Below, in pieces: positions 29,181 to 38,863 of a stretch of DNA of 61,337 nucleotides. The stretch is taken from the IMG/VR virus record IMGVR_UViG_3300021438_000016, positions 1-61,337 of that record; one strand, 5' to 3'. A program made the translations under genes and the position numbers. Source of the DNA: a virus. Its lineage: Duplodnaviria > Caudoviricetes. The notes under the pieces are model-generated. The model made no database searches. It had not been told where the DNA came from and saw nothing but the letters and a program-made list of their open reading frames with translations. Each line of letters starts with the position of its first letter. Within the stretch, counting starts at the first letter, position 1.

Positions 29181-31190
29181 TTACCTCGTCGGGAATGCTG
29201 CTGTTGGCGGTGTGAAGTTAGCGGTGTACCGAGCGTAACCTTTGGTGACCCTGAAGTCTTGCAAGTAGCCGGTGAAAAACGAACTTGGCGTGGTCAACCC
29301 CGTATATCTTCCTGCCCCAATCAAAGGAGTCGTGTCCGTCAGGTTACCCATACCAGCCGACGTGCCAACAGAAGTGCCGTTGATGTATAACGTGGTAGTG
29401 CCTGAAGCTCTAACAACAGCCACATGGGTCCACTGGTTCAGATACGTTGTGCCTGAACTTGCGATGAGAACCGCCGCGCCAGTGTAAATACGAATGACGC
29501 TGGAGCTAAAAGCAGTCAGGGTAAACCCAGCAGTTCCGCTTCCGGCTGCTCGGCCTTCGTATATCGCCGAATCACTTGCTGCCGTAGCGTATATCCAGCA
29601 CTCCAGCGTGAAGTCCCCAGTGCCAAACGCAAACGCAGGGTTACTCGGAGGATTCAAATAGTCCGTAGTCCCGTTGAACTTCATGCTGGTGACGCCCCAC
29701 TTTGGACTAATAGTGGTGCTGGCCTGTGCGCTTCCTACCGTGATCTGATTGTTCTGCGCCGCAGCGTCGTAGATTCCCGCGTTGGTGAAGTTGGTCAGTA
29801 GGCTGGTGTTGGTAATAGCCGTGACTGGTGCGGTCGGCGGCGTAAAGTTGGCAGAATAAACAGCCGTTCCTTTGACAATACGAAGGTTGGAAATATAACC
29901 TTGCAACAAACTGTTTGCGCTTCCATTTGACGCCCCGCCGACGCTAAAAGAAGTTGAAGCGTTGGTTATAGAAGTTGCATAGGTTCCAGAGTTCCCAGCA
30001 TCTACGCCATTGATAAAAGCTTTTACTACCCCACTTGCTCTTACAAATGCAACATGAGTCCAAGCGTTTAGCGGAACGGTTGATGTAGAAACGTAAGCGC
30101 CAGTGATAGACGAAGTGATTTGAAAATACAACAACCCCCCTGCTGTTAAACAAAACAGCCAATCTGCGCTAACCCCATAAATTTGGCATCCAGCAATTTG
30201 AGAACCAAAGTTTCCAGAGCCTATTCTTGATGTTGTGTAAAGCCAAGCCTCAACAGTGAAATCACCTGTGCCAAATGCAAATGCAGTGTTTGCTGGCGCA
30301 GTCAGATAATCGCTTGAACCATTGAAATACCCACTCCCCCCATACGCCGCAGTGGTGTACGAAGCTGGCGGGGAGAACGGCTGGAATGCTTGGACCTTGG
30401 GAGTGCCGGCAGCCGTAATGGCAAAGTTGTTGGTGCTGTTGTCTTTGAACCTGTTGCTTTGGCAGGTAAGAAGAGAAGTGTTGGTGATTGCCGTGAGCGG
30501 AGTCGTGGGTGGCGTGAATGCGCTCGTGTAGACCGCTGTACCTTTGACGATGCGAAGGTTGGAAATATAGCCCGGAAAATAATTAACAGTATTCCAACCG
30601 ACTCCAATTTTTAAAGTTCCGGGTTCAACGTAAGTGTTTGCGTCTGCGGCAGATGCTACTTGCACCCCGTTCAAATACAAATATGAGGTCGCCCCGTTTC
30701 TTACAAACGCAACGTGATTCCATGCATTTGTTGTTACAACAGCGCTTGACGTAAGCAAATAAGCGCCGTTTCTATAAACTCGGACGTTATATCCGCTACT
30801 TGTCTCAAAAAGAATTGCAAAACCAGCATCTGAGCCAGCGTTTCTAGAGTCAACGGCAATATATGCGCCAGAGCTATTTAAAACAAAAGCCCAAAATTCA
30901 ACGGTAAAATCACCAGCACCCAATGCCAACGCCGCGTTGTTTGGAGCGGTCAAATAATCCGAACTACCATTGAAGTAATTACTCCAATACCCATCAGGCC
31001 AGTACGGAGTCACAGAACCCTGCGTTGGGGTTCCGTTGCGAGTGATGGTGAAGTTGTTGGTGCTGGAATCTAAGAACGTGTTGTTCTGCTGACCGTTTGT
31101 GGTCGTGGTCTCCAGCAGCAACGGAACGTACTTAAAATACGGGTCTGTGGCAGCAACCGTAGACTGCCCGGATTTAGACGCAGCAAACAT
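29181..31190 (-). CDS. Tail-associated protein with three ConA/LamG-like lectin domains
   Basis: Three GDFTVE.W...WxHVAxVR...GYISNLRIVKG repeats. Confidence 0.85.
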   Translation of the reverse strand: MFAASKSGQSTVAATDPYFKYVPLLLETTTTNGQQNNTFLDSSTNNFTITRNGTPTQGSVTPYWPDGYWSNYFNGSSDYLTAPNNAALALGAGDFTVEFWAFVLNSSGAYIAVDSRNAGSDAGFAILFETSSGYNVRVYRNGAYLLTSSAVVTTNAWNHVAFVRNGATSYLYLNGVQVASAADANTYVEPGTLKIGVGWNTVNYFPGYISNLRIVKGTAVYTSAFTPPTTPLTAITNTSLLTCQSNRFKDNSTNNFAITAAGTPKVQAFQPFSPPASYTTAAYGGSGYFNGSSDYLTAPANTAFAFGTGDFTVEAWLYTTSRIGSGNFGSQIAGCQIYGVSADWLFCLTAGGLLYFQITSSITGAYVSTSTVPLNAWTHVAFVRASGVVKAFINGVDAGNSGTYATSITNASTSFSVGGASNGSANSLLQGYISNLRIVKGTAVYSANFTPPTAPVTAITNTSLLTNFTNAGIYDAAAQNNQITVGSAQASTTISPKWGVTSMKFNGTTDYLNPPSNPAFAFGTGDFTLECWIYATAASDSAIYEGRAAGSGTAGFTLTAFSSSVIRIYTGAAVLIASSGTTYLNQWTHVAVVRASGTTTLYINGTSVGTSAGMGNLTDTTPLIGAGRYTGLTTPSSFFTGYLQDFRVTKGYARYTANFTPPTAAFPTR

Positions 31191-32176
31191 TAGTAGTTCT
31201 GCCCAATTGTTGCGCCAAACCAGCTTGTGCCATCTGAAAAGAAGGAGAAGATGTCACGCTTACCAGAACCCGTACTAATAGTTGGCGCAGTGCCAGAAGG
31301 CCACACAACCGTTGTCCAAGTCACTGTTCTCGGCGTTGAATCCTGCGTCAGAATCAAGATAAAGCTCTTGCCAGCAACCGCTGTTGGCGTTGTAATCGTA
31401 GCGTTACCACCAGAGATTGTGAACCGTTGGAACGTGCCGTTTGCCAAGTTAATCGTTACTGACGTACCGGCAGTGTTGACGTATGGAGTTTCAACGTAGT
31501 TCGTGACCGTGGGGTTGGTCAACGTCATCGTGCCTGATGCCGCCGCTATCGTTCCCGTTGCACTGACCGTGATTGTGCTGTTCTGAAGCGTCGAGCCGCC
31601 AGTACCGTTAAACAGAGCAATTGCCGTATCGGTAGACGATACCGGGCCAGACATTGACCCTGCTTGAGCCAGCAAAGACCAGTTGCCGGGGAGTGACGGA
31701 GGAGCAGTCGTGCTAGATGTGGCAACCGTACAGATGTAGCTTGAACCGCTGTAGTAGACGTTATCGTTTACCGCGTAGCTTGTACCACTTACCCAAGTAC
31801 CGCGCCATGTGAACGATGTGCCGTTGGTCCCGTTCGTGCCATTAGTGCCGTTTGTACCATTGGTCCCGGCAACAGCAACGTAACTCCAATAAGTGGTAGC
31901 CGTGGAGGGGTTCTGGTTCGTTCCGTTCTGAATGGAGATGTAGCTCGACCCGTTGTAGTAAACCATGTCGTTTACTACATAGGCGGTGACGCTCGACCAA
32001 GTGCCTTTATAGGCAAAGCCAGCCGAATACCCCAGCGTGTTCCACGCGGTTGAACCTGTGCCAATCTTGAATCTGTTGGTATCTGTTTCAACACCCATCT
32101 CGCCAACAGCAAGCGTTGGGTTAGCCGCAGTCCATGCCGAGGCAGTGCCGTTTCTAAGTTGAATCTGCGTTGCCAT
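31190..32176 (-). CDS. Tail fibre with Mtd-like N-terminal domain, carbohydrate-binding repeats and short collagen-like (GTN)n
   Basis: MATQIQLRNGTASAWTAANPTLAVGEMGVETDT; W...Y.VND.VYY.GSSY twice; GTN x5. Confidence 0.75.
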   Translation of the reverse strand: MATQIQLRNGTASAWTAANPTLAVGEMGVETDTNRFKIGTGSTAWNTLGYSAGFAYKGTWSSVTAYVVNDMVYYNGSSYISIQNGTNQNPSTATTYWSYVAVAGTNGTNGTNGTNGTNGTSFTWRGTWVSGTSYAVNDNVYYSGSSYICTVATSSTTAPPSLPGNWSLLAQAGSMSGPVSSTDTAIALFNGTGGSTLQNSTITVSATGTIAAASGTMTLTNPTVTNYVETPYVNTAGTSVTINLANGTFQRFTISGGNATITTPTAVAGKSFILILTQDSTPRTVTWTTVVWPSGTAPTISTGSGKRDIFSFFSDGTSWFGATIGQNY

Positions 32177-33346
32177 TTACGGCGTACCTCCGTTAATCGC
32201 GGTGATGCCGCCGTAGTTACTTGTTGGCGTTCCACCGTCAAGGTTTGGACTGCCGCCACCGCCGCCAGCAGGGGTGGCCCAAGTACCGTCGCCTCTCCAA
32301 AATGTCGTGCTTGATGCGCCAGTGCCGCTGCCCAGATTAGTTACCGGCAAATTGCCGGTGACTTGAGTAGCAAGGCTGACGTTAGAAAGCGTACCACCAA
32401 GCGTTAAACTGCCGGAGCTTGTGACCGATCCAGTTAGCGTAATCCCGTTGACCGTGCCTGTTCCGTCAACCTGAGTGACTGTTCCAGACCCGCCACCAGT
32501 AGCGTAGTTTGGAATATTAAGCGTATTGCCAATAAAGGTGGCAGCACCGCTTGTACCCGTCGTTGTTAACGTGATCGGGGCTTGGTAATTTAACGAAGGA
32601 ATATCCGCAGCAACTAATGCACGGAAAGTAGGAGCACCTGCGGTTCCGTTGGGTGCAGCCAGAATATAGTTAGCTGTTTTGCTTGCGTATGGGTTTAGCG
32701 TGTCGCCATAAGCTGCGTTAAGGCTGATAGTGGGGGCCGTCCCACCACTAGAGGCCACGGGCGCAGTTGCATTAACGCTCGTAACAGACCCACCACCGCC
32801 TGTAGAAGCCAGCGTTCCGCCAACAAAGGTAAGCCCAGAACCAACCGTTACGTTGGAGAATCCGCCTGCCCCGTCACCATAAAGAATTGACGTTCCAGAT
32901 GTTGCAGGTGCGTAGTCTGTCCCGCTTGTTGCCGTACTGATTGCGGTGCCGTTGCCCTTCAGTATCCCCGTTATCGTCGTGGAAAGCGTGATCGCCGGGG
33001 TTGTGGTGGCATTTGCCACCGTGCCAGCCAAACCATTTGCAGATACTACAGAGACAGTCGTAACTGTCCCAGAACCACCACCGCCACCACCAGAGGAATT
33101 GATGGTTTGGTTAGGCCAAGTTCCAGTAATTGTGACGTTCGTACCGGCTACTAACCCCGGTGTCGCCGTTCCGGTCCCGCCGTTTGCGGGGCCGAGTATT
33201 CCGCCTAATGTAATAACGCCAGCGGTCGTGACGGGACCACCGGATGTGGTAAGCCCGGTAGTACCGCCAACTACATCAACTGACGTTACCGTGCCCGAAC
33301 CACCACCCCCACCAGAGAAAGGCTCTGTGAGCAGGACGACTGACAT
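32177..33346 (-). CDS. Gly/Thr-rich tail fibre protein
   Basis: Repeated GGGGSGTVTSV modules, TFWRGDGTW. Confidence 0.7.
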   Translation of the reverse strand: MSVVLLTEPFSGGGGGSGTVTSVDVVGGTTGLTTSGGPVTTAGVITLGGILGPANGGTGTATPGLVAGTNVTITGTWPNQTINSSGGGGGGSGTVTTVSVVSANGLAGTVANATTTPAITLSTTITGILKGNGTAISTATSGTDYAPATSGTSILYGDGAGGFSNVTVGSGLTFVGGTLASTGGGGSVTSVNATAPVASSGGTAPTISLNAAYGDTLNPYASKTANYILAAPNGTAGAPTFRALVAADIPSLNYQAPITLTTTGTSGAATFIGNTLNIPNYATGGGSGTVTQVDGTGTVNGITLTGSVTSSGSLTLGGTLSNVSLATQVTGNLPVTNLGSGTGASSTTFWRGDGTWATPAGGGGGSPNLDGGTPTSNYGGITAINGGTP

Positions 33347-33891
33347 TACAACCCTTCGATGAAGGCTTTAGTCTTCGCCAGCAGTGCTGCCTTGATGTCG
33401 TTTACTTCTGCTTGCAGGGCTTCAGCCGCCGCTTGCGCCGTTGCCAAACTATCAGATTGAGCTTTAGCCGCAGCAGTTGCTGCTTTGGCCTCGGACTCTG
33501 CCCGTTTGACATCAGCCAGAGACGCTTTTGATTGCGCTAGCACCGCGTCAGATTCATCTTTCTGAGCTTTAGCTTGTGCTACCAAAGTATCTGCTTGGCC
33601 TTGAGCTTCTGCAAGAATAGCCGCAGCATCTGCTTTAGCACCGTTAACAATACTGTCAGCTTGAGTTTTTGCATCTGCTACAGCTTTAGCTGCGGCTGCA
33701 CGATCTTCATCTGCTTGCGCCCGAGTAGCCAGAATCTCAGAGGCGGGGCCAACCAATTCCACATACTTTTTGTTTTCAGCAGTGGCTTCGGTCAGCGCCT
33801 TGAGCTTATCTGCATAAACAGTTGGGTCAGCAAGCAGCGTAGACAGCAAATCAAGCGTTGAGTTAGAACCGTCAATGCTGCTAGCAATCAT
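33346..33891 (-). CDS. Ala-rich coiled-coil hypothetical protein
   Basis: 181 aa helical composition; coupled to both neighbours. Confidence 0.6.
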   Translation of the reverse strand: MIASSIDGSNSTLDLLSTLLADPTVYADKLKALTEATAENKKYVELVGPASEILATRAQADEDRAAAAKAVADAKTQADSIVNGAKADAAAILAEAQGQADTLVAQAKAQKDESDAVLAQSKASLADVKRAESEAKAATAAAKAQSDSLATAQAAAEALQAEVNDIKAALLAKTKAFIEGL

Positions 33892-34244
33892 GCTAATCCG
33901 CCTCCACCACCTTGGATGATGGTCAAAGTAGCAGTGCCGGTAGACGCAGGGGATGCCGGAGAAATAATCCGAATGCCCCGCACTGGGTACGAAATATTGG
34001 AGTCTTTCGTAATCGTTTGCGTACCTAGCGTTGGGTGGCTAGTCCAGTTTGCACTGCCCGCATTCGGGTCATATCCAGCCGCAAACACGTTATCAAACGT
34101 GTACTGCACCGTGTAGGTGATGGTCCCAGTGACCACTACGTTCAAACCGATATTAGCCGGGGAAACATAGTGATCAACTGGGCATACGGGGGAGTAGGTC
34201 TGAGTACCATTCCCCCCAGTGATTGTATAAACAATCGGGCGCAT
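33888..34244 (-). CDS. Virion structural protein
   Basis: 118 aa beta-rich; TYTVQYTFD...YPVRGIRI. Confidence 0.55.
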   Translation of the reverse strand: MRPIVYTITGGNGTQTYSPVCPVDHYVSPANIGLNVVVTGTITYTVQYTFDNVFAAGYDPNAGSANWTSHPTLGTQTITKDSNISYPVRGIRIISPASPASTGTATLTIIQGGGGGLA

Positions 34245-34257
34245 GTCAGCCCCTTAA

Positions 34258-34740
34258 TTAGTTCTGCTGCGAGGTCGGATACATCGAGCCATCAGAGCCA
34301 CGGACAACGTACGCGATGGTCAAAATACCTGCGCCAGTCGAACCAGTCACGTTAGCTTGTGTAAATGACACAACCGCATCAGTCGTTCCCACGTTAGCAA
34401 CCAAAGCTGGGTTAGACGTTCCCAGAGGGATGTCCGTTGATCCAGTGTTACCAAACGCGCTAACCGAAGTTGCAGCAGAAACCGCATTGCCGTTCACTTG
34501 AACAACAATCGTAGGCGTGGTAGTCGCATAAGCGGTCGTAACCAAGTACGTTACGCGCTGGATCAATGCGCCAGCAGGGAGCACAAATGCCGTCGTTGCA
34601 GCGGTGATGTCAGTAGCGGCAACAGTTTTGGTCTGAACACAAGGCGTTGCGCCCATGTTCTGAATCGTGCCAGCGGTCGTACCGGTGGTGTACTTGTTGG
34701 TGCCAAGTAGCCACGGGCCAAGGTGGGAAGCGAAACCCAT
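34258..34740 (-). CDS. Putative capsid decoration/cement protein
   Basis: 160 aa beta-rich (LPAGALI), GAGGA RBS, first structural gene after the capsid/HNH pair. Confidence 0.5.
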   Translation of the reverse strand: MGFASHLGPWLLGTNKYTTGTTAGTIQNMGATPCVQTKTVAATDITAATTAFVLPAGALIQRVTYLVTTAYATTTPTIVVQVNGNAVSAATSVSAFGNTGSTDIPLGTSNPALVANVGTTDAVVSFTQANVTGSTGAGILTIAYVVRGSDGSMYPTSQQN

Positions 34741-34820
34741 TATATGTCCTCAAATCAAAACTTGCTGTCTCTTGAGGGAAGTCTGCCTAGTCAGTCAGCA
34801 AGTCGGGTGGTCTAGGTATG
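34741..34820 (-). ncRNA. Double-pseudoknot cis RNA element (candidate Mu-gpT-DE-like motif)
   Basis: Interleaved pairings CCTAG/CTAGG, ACTTGCTG/CAGCAAGT and CCTCAA/TTGAGG; lies downstream of a Mu-gpT-like capsid gene. Confidence 0.6.
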
Positions 34821-34830
34821 AGTGTTTATA

Positions 34831-35451
34831 TCACGCTATTTTGTGGAACGCAAGTGCTTCGGAGTCATCCGGCAGGGTGTTTGACTTTCGCAGGTTTTCC
34901 GCCTGCGTGATGACCCGTAAATTCCAAGGCACATGCAGCCCGCACACCTCATCTGAGCGCAAAGGCCAGATGTGGTCCACTACGTACTGCTCCCCCGTGG
35001 TCTTCGTCATCGTGATCGCAATCTGATACATGTGTCGTATTTGGGCCTTTTGTTTTTGCGTCAACCATGGCGGAGTAGCGTGCCGGTGTTTGCGGCGTCT
35101 AGCTTTAGTATCCGCTCGAACCCATAACGTATTTTGAGCTTTCCACGTAGCTTGGTACTGCTTTTTAAGATGGGGTGGAGTTGCTTTTGCTCGTTCGACT
35201 ACCGTCTCCCGATTCTGAATGTACCACTCATGTTTGGCGTCTTTGACTGATTCTTTCCGGTTGTACTCTTTGAAGTATTCCGCTCTAGTTACGGCGGACT
35301 TCTGCCACTCAATTTTCAGGCACTCGACGCAAGGCCCCTTGGTCTTACGTGGAGCGACGTGCCCGTGCTTGCACGGTTCCCCCGTGAAGTAGTAGGCGGC
35401 TCCGGTTTCTTGGGCTTCTTTGCGGGTTTTGGGTAGGTTGGTGGTGTCCAT
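34831..35451 (-). CDS. HNH endonuclease (probable homing)
   Basis: YFTGEPCKHGH...CVEC; VDHIWPL...VCGLHVPWNLRVIT..ENLRKSN. Confidence 0.85.
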   Translation of the reverse strand: MDTTNLPKTRKEAQETGAAYYFTGEPCKHGHVAPRKTKGPCVECLKIEWQKSAVTRAEYFKEYNRKESVKDAKHEWYIQNRETVVERAKATPPHLKKQYQATWKAQNTLWVRADTKARRRKHRHATPPWLTQKQKAQIRHMYQIAITMTKTTGEQYVVDHIWPLRSDEVCGLHVPWNLRVITQAENLRKSNTLPDDSEALAFHKIA

Positions 35452-35477
35452 GTGACCTCCGAGATTTAGTAACAGGT

Positions 35478-35506
35478 AATGTACTAAAGAGCCGACAAGA
35501 AGTCAA
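35478..35506 (-). promoter_or_regulatory. Sigma70-like promoter
   Basis: TTGACT-17 bp-TACATT upstream of the HNH gene. Confidence 0.6.
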
Positions 35507-35507
35507 G

Positions 35508-35536
35508 AAAAAAGAAAAGGGCCCCTTGCGGGGCCC
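35508..35536 (-). terminator. Intrinsic terminator after the major capsid gene
   Basis: GGGCCCC-GCAA-GGGGCCC-TTTTCTTTTTT. Confidence 0.85.
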
Positions 35537-35571
35537 CCAACCTAGCTAAATGCTTGATTTATATAGAGTTT

Positions 35572-36483
35572 TTAGCTCGAACCGGGCGATCCGTACATTC
35601 CGAGCGGGTCGCTCACTCCAAACGAATACCTCTCGCGCGCTTTGTATCTCACGTTGCCAGTATCAAAGTCTCCATCCATGGAAGTTGACAATGGAACGCG
35701 GACAAAGTGCTTCAGGCCGTTAGGAACGTCGGTCGTAAGGAACCATGCGTTCGTGTCGGTCAAGAAGTGGTTAACGGTGTAACCCTCAGGGATCGAACCG
35801 TTGTTCTTGATTGCGTTGATGTCGTTGTCGGTAGTACCAACACGGAGGCTGGTTTCCAACAGACGAGTAGCAACGAACATCAGAGCAGGCGGAATGACCA
35901 GCTTCTTCGGCTTAGCGGCGATCAGCAGACCACGCTCGTCCGTCCACCCAGCGATCTGAATCACTGCGTTTTCAAGAGCGGTTTCGTTAAGATCGACAGC
36001 GGTCGAAGGAGTGTTGCTGTTAACGCCACCAGAGATCAGCGGGTGCTGAGTGCTGAACAGGGGCTTGCCGTCGCCATACGTGAACGCGGAGCTAAAGCCG
36101 TTGTTCAGGATGTTGGCAGCTTTGACCTGCTTGGTGTACGACATTGCGCGAGCCAGAGCTTTGGTGTAACGGCTGGACAAACTGTCATACAGGTTGTCTT
36201 CCATTGCTTCTTCGGTAACCGAGAAGCCCATCGCAACAGTCTCGTGGTTGTAACGAGCGGTCCATGCTTCTTGTGCGTTGTCGTACGAGATTGCCTGACC
36301 TTCGTTCTTAACCGGCGCAGCACCAAAGCCCGAGAGCTTGGTCTCTTCTTCGAAGGAACGCTCGGAAGTCTCCTGCTCGTAGATTTCCTTGTGCTCCTCG
36401 CCGTAGCGGGCGTACTCCAAACCAAACAGCGCGTTAAGCCCCGGAAGGAGTTCCTTGAGTAGTTGGGCGCGTGAAATTGCCAT
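35572..36483 (-). CDS. Major capsid protein (Mu gpT-like)
   Basis: MAISRAQLLKELLPGL...GDGKPLFSTQHP...KLVIPPAL...YKARERYSFG; AAGGAG RBS; followed by a terminator. Confidence 0.9.
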   Translation of the reverse strand: MAISRAQLLKELLPGLNALFGLEYARYGEEHKEIYEQETSERSFEEETKLSGFGAAPVKNEGQAISYDNAQEAWTARYNHETVAMGFSVTEEAMEDNLYDSLSSRYTKALARAMSYTKQVKAANILNNGFSSAFTYGDGKPLFSTQHPLISGGVNSNTPSTAVDLNETALENAVIQIAGWTDERGLLIAAKPKKLVIPPALMFVATRLLETSLRVGTTDNDINAIKNNGSIPEGYTVNHFLTDTNAWFLTTDVPNGLKHFVRVPLSTSMDGDFDTGNVRYKARERYSFGVSDPLGMYGSPGSS

Positions 36484-36496
36484 TTTAAGTTACTCC

Positions 36497-37408
36497 TTAG
36501 ACGCTGGTAGCGTTGTAGTAGCCGTGATAGCCAAAGTTCCACTTAACCAGAACTTCAGGGTATCCGACAAATGCAACAGCCGATCCGCTGGCAGCAGTGA
36601 TGCTAGCCGAGACGGTAACTGCCGTCGAACTCGTCACAGCCGTGACATAAGTGTTGTATCCAGCGCCGCCAGCACCAGCCGTGAAGCTAGGGATGATGAC
36701 CTGCATACCGGGGAACACACCAGTGGTCGAAGCAACCGTCAGGGACGTAGACGATGCCGCAGCAGTCAGCGAAGTCGTGACCGTAACAGCCGTCTCATCC
36801 ACCAGACCAACAACGCGGAAAGCCGCAGTGTTGGCGTTGGTTTTCAGCAGGTTACCGGCACCGTTGCCTGCGCCAGCAGTGTTACCGACCACACCACCGG
36901 TGGAGTTACCCGTTGCGGTGCTACCGACGTTAGCGCCGACGTAGTACACGTTGCTACCAACAAAGGTAGGCGACATGTAGCCAATCGTACTAAGAGCTGT
37001 AGCCGTGTTAGTCGCAGCCGCTGGCATAGCCAGCACAGCCGACTTGAACACAGTGTCAGGATCGTCCACAACATAAGCAACAGCATCAGTTGCGTTCGTC
37101 CCAGCAGGCCAATACTGAGCGCGTTGAGCGCCATAAATCGGGCCGCTTGGAGGCGAATACTCACAACCAACAAACACACCAATCGTTGCAGGGACAACGG
37201 TCTGCGCAGCTTGCGAGGTCGTGGAGATTGCCAAAGTGGTAGCAGCTACAGTTCCAGTAGCAGCCAGTTGTACAACATCGCCGTTAAAGAGGCCGGTGCC
37301 GTACGCTTGAAGGATCGGATACATGCGAGTGGAACCCGCAAATACCTGACCACCGATCAGATTGATCGGCTTTAGCCCGTAGGGCGCGTCAATCACAGGG
37401 TAAGCCAT
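36497..37408 (-). CDS. Capsid-associated structural protein
   Basis: MAYPVIDAPYGLKP...GVFVGCEY...AYVVDDPDTVF; directly upstream of the capsid gene. Confidence 0.6.
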   Translation of the reverse strand: MAYPVIDAPYGLKPINLIGGQVFAGSTRMYPILQAYGTGLFNGDVVQLAATGTVAATTLAISTTSQAAQTVVPATIGVFVGCEYSPPSGPIYGAQRAQYWPAGTNATDAVAYVVDDPDTVFKSAVLAMPAAATNTATALSTIGYMSPTFVGSNVYYVGANVGSTATGNSTGGVVGNTAGAGNGAGNLLKTNANTAAFRVVGLVDETAVTVTTSLTAAASSTSLTVASTTGVFPGMQVIIPSFTAGAGGAGYNTYVTAVTSSTAVTVSASITAASGSAVAFVGYPEVLVKWNFGYHGYYNATSV

Positions 37409-37425
37409 TTAAAGCTCCAAAAAAA

Positions 37426-37884
37426 TTAATTACCTTTGCCAAAACTCACCTCAGATCGCCGCTCTTTAAAGAGAGGCATCTTTGGATTGTTCTCGCGCAT
37501 GAAGTGGCTATCAATCGAATTCATCTGGCCGTCGGTCTGCTTCTGATAATAAGCATCCCTCTGCTCAACAAATTCTCTGGGTGTCTTGCAAAGCATCAGC
37601 CCGCCGACCACAATATTGTCTTTAAAGCGACCATTGTCGTCGCTGTAGACGTGGACTTCGGGATGGTCTTCCGCACGCACCGGCTCCCAGCCCTCACGGA
37701 GTTTTGCGGAAATATTAGTCGGATCGTTTTGCCCAAGGGTTGAAAGACGAATCCAACGGTAGGCCCAGCCATCTTGCGGCTTTGGGTCAGGAAGCAGTGT
37801 AGGTGGTGCCCACTGTTTTGGACGCTCCGCCATTACGCGGGATTCAGTAGCACGATCTTCACGATTCTGTTGGGTTACTTTCAT
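37426..37884 (-). CDS. Head-region phage protein
   Basis: YRWIR...LREGWEPV...GGLMLCK. Confidence 0.65.
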   Translation of the reverse strand: MKVTQQNREDRATESRVMAERPKQWAPPTLLPDPKPQDGWAYRWIRLSTLGQNDPTNISAKLREGWEPVRAEDHPEVHVYSDDNGRFKDNIVVGGLMLCKTPREFVEQRDAYYQKQTDGQMNSIDSHFMRENNPKMPLFKERRSEVSFGKGN

Positions 37885-38853
37885 TTAGGCACGTTCCTTC
37901 CGCATTTCCAGAGCGACTTGCTTGGCATAAAGCTCAAGCGGGATTCCGAGACGCTTCGCCAAGCTGACCTGACTCGACTTCAGCACGATTTTCTTTGGCG
38001 CAGTGCTGCGTGTTGCCGGGGCCACTACGTTCGACCGTCTGGGCTGACTACTGAACTTCTCGGGGAACTTCTCACGCATACGGGCGTCAATGCGCTCGTA
38101 ATATGCGTCAGACTGAGGATTAACCCCTTCCTCTTCGACCAGCTTCTCATGCACTGCGAGAGCGAAGCCAGTCATTTCCCGGTCTTTGTTGAACCAGCTA
38201 TTACGGTCTTTCCACCGCAACGCTTTTTCATCAACTGGGGCCTCCCTCGCAGGAGTTGGAGGCTGTGGTTGACTTTGTACCACATTTTCGCGTTCTTGCA
38301 AAGATTTTTGCCTTGCGGCTTCAATCCGGTCGGCTTTCAACTTTGCATTAGTGAATGCCTCTTGCGCTGTAACTAGCGCATCAGCATCACCGGACTCGTA
38401 TGCAGCTTTGAATTGCGCCTTTGCTTGCGCGAATTCCTGCTCGGCAACCGTCTTTGCCTGATCCAGAATAACCTTGTGGTTATTCCCCATGGAGTTCTTT
38501 AGCTGCTCATTCTCAGCCAGAATCCGCTGCGCTATATTAATAGCCTCTTCCCGCTCGCGGAATGCGGCCTCTTTCTGACGCCGCTCCTCATGACGAGCTT
38601 TGCTCAGATGCGACAGGCGATCACGCAAGCGCGTGTCTTTGTACCGGGATAGCTCCTCGTCGGTGACCTCATCCGGCTCGTCTTCCATCGGCTTGCGCCC
38701 ACGGTCCTCGGCGGGGGTGTCATCGACAACCTCCAGCTTTACCGGCGCTTCATCGTCTTCGATCTCAAACTCGACCTTATCTTCTTTTCCGTCCTTCGCA
38801 TTAATCTCCACCTCATCGGGGAACTTAAAGTCGTCTTTCTCCATATCTGCCAT
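37885..38853 (-). CDS. Putative scaffolding protein
   Basis: Acidic N-terminus, long coiled coil, C-terminal AKRLGIPLELYAK; between portal and capsid genes. Confidence 0.65.
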   Translation of the reverse strand: MADMEKDDFKFPDEVEINAKDGKEDKVEFEIEDDEAPVKLEVVDDTPAEDRGRKPMEDEPDEVTDEELSRYKDTRLRDRLSHLSKARHEERRQKEAAFREREEAINIAQRILAENEQLKNSMGNNHKVILDQAKTVAEQEFAQAKAQFKAAYESGDADALVTAQEAFTNAKLKADRIEAARQKSLQERENVVQSQPQPPTPAREAPVDEKALRWKDRNSWFNKDREMTGFALAVHEKLVEEEGVNPQSDAYYERIDARMREKFPEKFSSQPRRSNVVAPATRSTAPKKIVLKSSQVSLAKRLGIPLELYAKQVALEMRKERA

Positions 38854-38863
38854 GGGTATCTCC

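Noticed and set aside
31190-32176. Diversity-generating retroelement suggested by the Mtd-like N-terminus
   Set aside because: No reverse transcriptase or adenine-variable TR/VR pair was seen; the similarity covers only the N-terminal anchoring domain
35707-37375. Long plus-strand ORFs (251 and 306 aa) and similar antisense ORFs across the late block
   Set aside because: Shadow frames of well-supported minus-strand genes; no recognisable motifs
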